A stretch of 64,000 nucleotides of DNA from Patescibacteria group bacterium (lineage in GTDB: Bacteria > Patescibacteriota > Patescibacteriia > Patescibacteriales > UBA12465). The translations under genes were made by a program, and so were the position numbers. Location of the stretch: positions 222,284-286,283 of the forward strand of contig JBMNFV010000001.1 in the NCBI GenBank assembly GCA_050949505.1, read 5' to 3'. The notes beneath the pieces are model-generated. The model was given only the letters and a program-made list of their open reading frames with translations. It did no database searches and was not told the origin of the DNA. Within the stretch, counting starts at the first letter, position 1; the number at the start of each line of letters is the position of its first letter. This document shows, piece after piece, positions 62,279 to 64,000 of the stretch.

Positions 62279-64000
62279 TTATTCTAAGTGAACTTCATTT
62301 TCCCAGTCGCCGAGTTTTTCTTTAAGAAGAGGGTATTTCTTAAGCTCAGGGTCATCAGAGATTAGGGAGACTGCTTCTTTTTGTGCTAGCTTGATTAGCT
62401 TATGGTCATAAAGTGAGGCAATTTGTAATTCTGAAAAGCCACTTTGGGCGAGGCCATAAAGGTCTCCAGCACCACGGAGCTTTAAATCTATTTCCGCTAA
62501 AGATAGGCCGTCTTGATATTTCAACAGAGAGTTTAGGCGAGTTAGGGTTTTAGGATTATTAATCTCTTCACTAGAAGGGAAGAGCAGACAATATGATTGA
62601 TGGGTGCTGCGACCAACTCGGCCACGAAATTGATGTAGGGTAGCTAAACCAAAGCGCTCTGCGCCTTCAATTACGATAATACTGGCATTAGGAATATCTA
62701 TGCCTACTTCAATAATGGAGGTGGCGACTAAAATATCTAATTCTTGTCTGAGAAATCTAGTCATTAATTCTTCTTTTTCTTTAGTCTTAAGTCGGCCGTG
62801 TAGCAAGCCAACTTCTAGGTCAGGGAACACCTCAGTGGCTAATTGGTGGTGGGCTTGTTTAGCTGATTTAACTTGCAGTTTGCTAGTGGGCTCAATCACT
62901 GGATAGACAAAGAAGGCTTGTCGGCCTGATTTGATCTGTTCGCGGATAAATTGATAGGCGCCCGCTCGGCGGTCCTCGCTAACTAGGTCAGTAATTACGG
63001 TTTGGCGGTTAGCCGGAAGTTCTTTGATAATAGAGAGCGATAGGTCGCCATAAATAGTTAGGGTTAAAGAGCGAGGAATGGGAGTGGCGGTCATAGACAG
63101 ATAGTGAGGGACTAAGGAACCAGCACTAGCTAGCTCTTGTCTTTGTCTAACCCCAAAGCGATGTTGTTCATCAACAACCACTAGGGCTAAGTTAGCGAAG
63201 TTAACATTTTTTTGAATTAGCGCTTGAGTGCCGATAATAATATCAGCTTGAGTAATTTCAGTTGGGGTAGCCCGATGCCCAGCAGTTAGCAAGATAATTT
63301 TAAGCTGGTAGGGCTTTAAAAAATTGCTAACAGTCTGATAGTGTTGCTGAGCAAGAATTTGACTAGGGGCCATTAGGGCGGCCTGGTGTTTGCTTAGGAC
63401 GGTGTTTAAGATAGCCATAATGGCTACAATAGTTTTTCCGCTACCAACATCACCTTCTAGCAGGCGATTCATGGGGACGGCTTTTTCTAGATCCTGAAGA
63501 ATTTCCCAAGCAACTTGACGTTGACTAGAGGTTAGGGGGAAGGGCAATTGAGCGACAAATTCTTTGATGGCCGTTTCTTGAAAGGGCAGAGGAGGGGCAG
63601 AGCGAGTTTGCAGGGATTTGATTAGTAGCTGAGAGCGCAGTTGTCGCAAAAATAGTTCGGAGAAAGCCAGGCGGCGCTTAGCTTGAAGCAGTTCAGTCTG
63701 ATCTTTAGGGAAGTGAATGCCTTGCAGGGCCTCAGCCAGGCTAGGTAAGTTTAATTTTTGGCTAATAGTTGCTGGTAGCCAGTCAGGGAGCTGATGACGA
63801 ATGGGAATTACCTGCTTCACTAAAGAGCGCAGTTGTTTTTGAGTTAGGGTGGCGCTCAGGTGGTAAATAGGAACCAGTCCCTGAGTATGAGTTAGGCCGT
63901 GTTCGGAGACTTTCTCATATTGCGGAGAAATCATTACCAGTTGACCTTGCTCATCACTAACCTTGCCGGCTAAAGAAACTCGGTCACCAACTTGGAGGGT
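62279..64000 (-). CDS. recG: ATP-dependent DNA helicase RecG (N-terminus beyond window edge)
   Basis: Helicase motifs GDVGSGKT, DEQHRFG, SMTATPIPRSL, QLHQFRGRVGR. The reverse-strand frame stays open upstream of the track Met at 63934 (TLQVGDRVSLAGKVSDEQGQLVMISPQYE, the wedge-domain region), so the gene continues past 64000. Confidence 0.95.
   Translation of the reverse strand, partial: TLQVGDRVSLAGKVSDEQGQLVMISPQYEKVSEHGLTHTQGLVPIYHLSATLTQKQLRSLVKQVIPIRHQLPDWLPATISQKLNLPSLAEALQGIHFPKDQTELLQAKRRLAFSELFLRQLRSQLLIKSLQTRSAPPLPFQETAIKEFVAQLPFPLTSSQRQVAWEILQDLEKAVPMNRLLEGDVGSGKTIVAIMAILNTVLSKHQAALMAPSQILAQQHYQTVSNFLKPYQLKIILLTAGHRATPTEITQADIIIGTQALIQKNVNFANLALVVVDEQHRFGVRQRQELASAGSLVPHYLSMTATPIPRSLTLTIYGDLSLSIIKELPANRQTVITDLVSEDRRAGAYQFIREQIKSGRQAFFVYPVIEPTSKLQVKSAKQAHHQLATEVFPDLEVGLLHGRLKTKEKEELMTRFLRQELDILVATSIIEVGIDIPNASIIVIEGAERFGLATLHQFRGRVGRSTHQSYCLLFPSSEEINNPKTLTRLNSLLKYQDGLSLAEIDLKLRGAGDLYGLAQSGFSELQIASLYDHKLIKLAQKEAVSLISDDPELKKYPLLKEKLGDWENEVHLE

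Noticed and set aside
1-64000. CRISPR arrays, rRNA genes, transposases or IS elements
   Set aside because: I found no regularly spaced direct repeats, no rRNA-like conserved blocks, and no transposase or integrase-like ORFs on either strand.

Overview
This is a tightly packed, moderately AT-rich bacterial chromosomal segment read with the standard code (TGA acts as a stop). About 50 genes are mostly arranged in long same-strand runs with tiny or overlapping junctions. Start codons sit in A/T-rich contexts and almost none has a Shine-Dalgarno motif. Confidently called housekeeping genes are rpoB-rpoC, leuS, lepA, ftsK, ruvC, yebC, recJ, rnhA, xth, rsmA, radA, recG (partial), murE-like, murJ, glgA and three tRNAs (Val-CAC, Leu-CAG, Ala-UGC). 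I infer, but cannot prove from sequence alone, that gene content and style fit an ultra-small Patescibacteria/CPR-like genome. I saw no rRNA, CRISPR array, transposase, integrase or relaxase. The most interesting region is 33.9-60.4 kb and has three parts. (i) A minus-strand operon encodes a membrane-anchored DsbA-like oxidoreductase and two paralogous proteins. Each paralog has a VirB2/TrbC-like two-helix pilin module fused to a cysteine-rich domain, and one also carries an M15/VanY-type peptidoglycan peptidase. (ii) A 2,878-aa secreted, cysteine-rich giant protein has a reiterated C-x6-C motif, lectin-like beta-sandwich modules and a C-terminal PKD-like domain, and is preceded by a thrombospondin-type-3 Ca-binding repeat protein. 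(iii) A separately promoted Gram-positive-type T4SS-like core comprises a VirB6/TrbL-like polytopic protein, a PrgI/VirB3-like protein, a VirB4 ATPase split by one in-frame TAA, and a VirB8-position protein. This core has no coupling protein, relaxase or integrase in the window. I propose these parts form one disulfide-dependent cell-surface attachment or transfer system. Smaller observations include tRNA genes that encode 3'-CC but not the terminal A, apparently leaderless promoters, a RecJ with no canonical start codon, and a translationally coupled ruvC-glycogen-ftsK chain.
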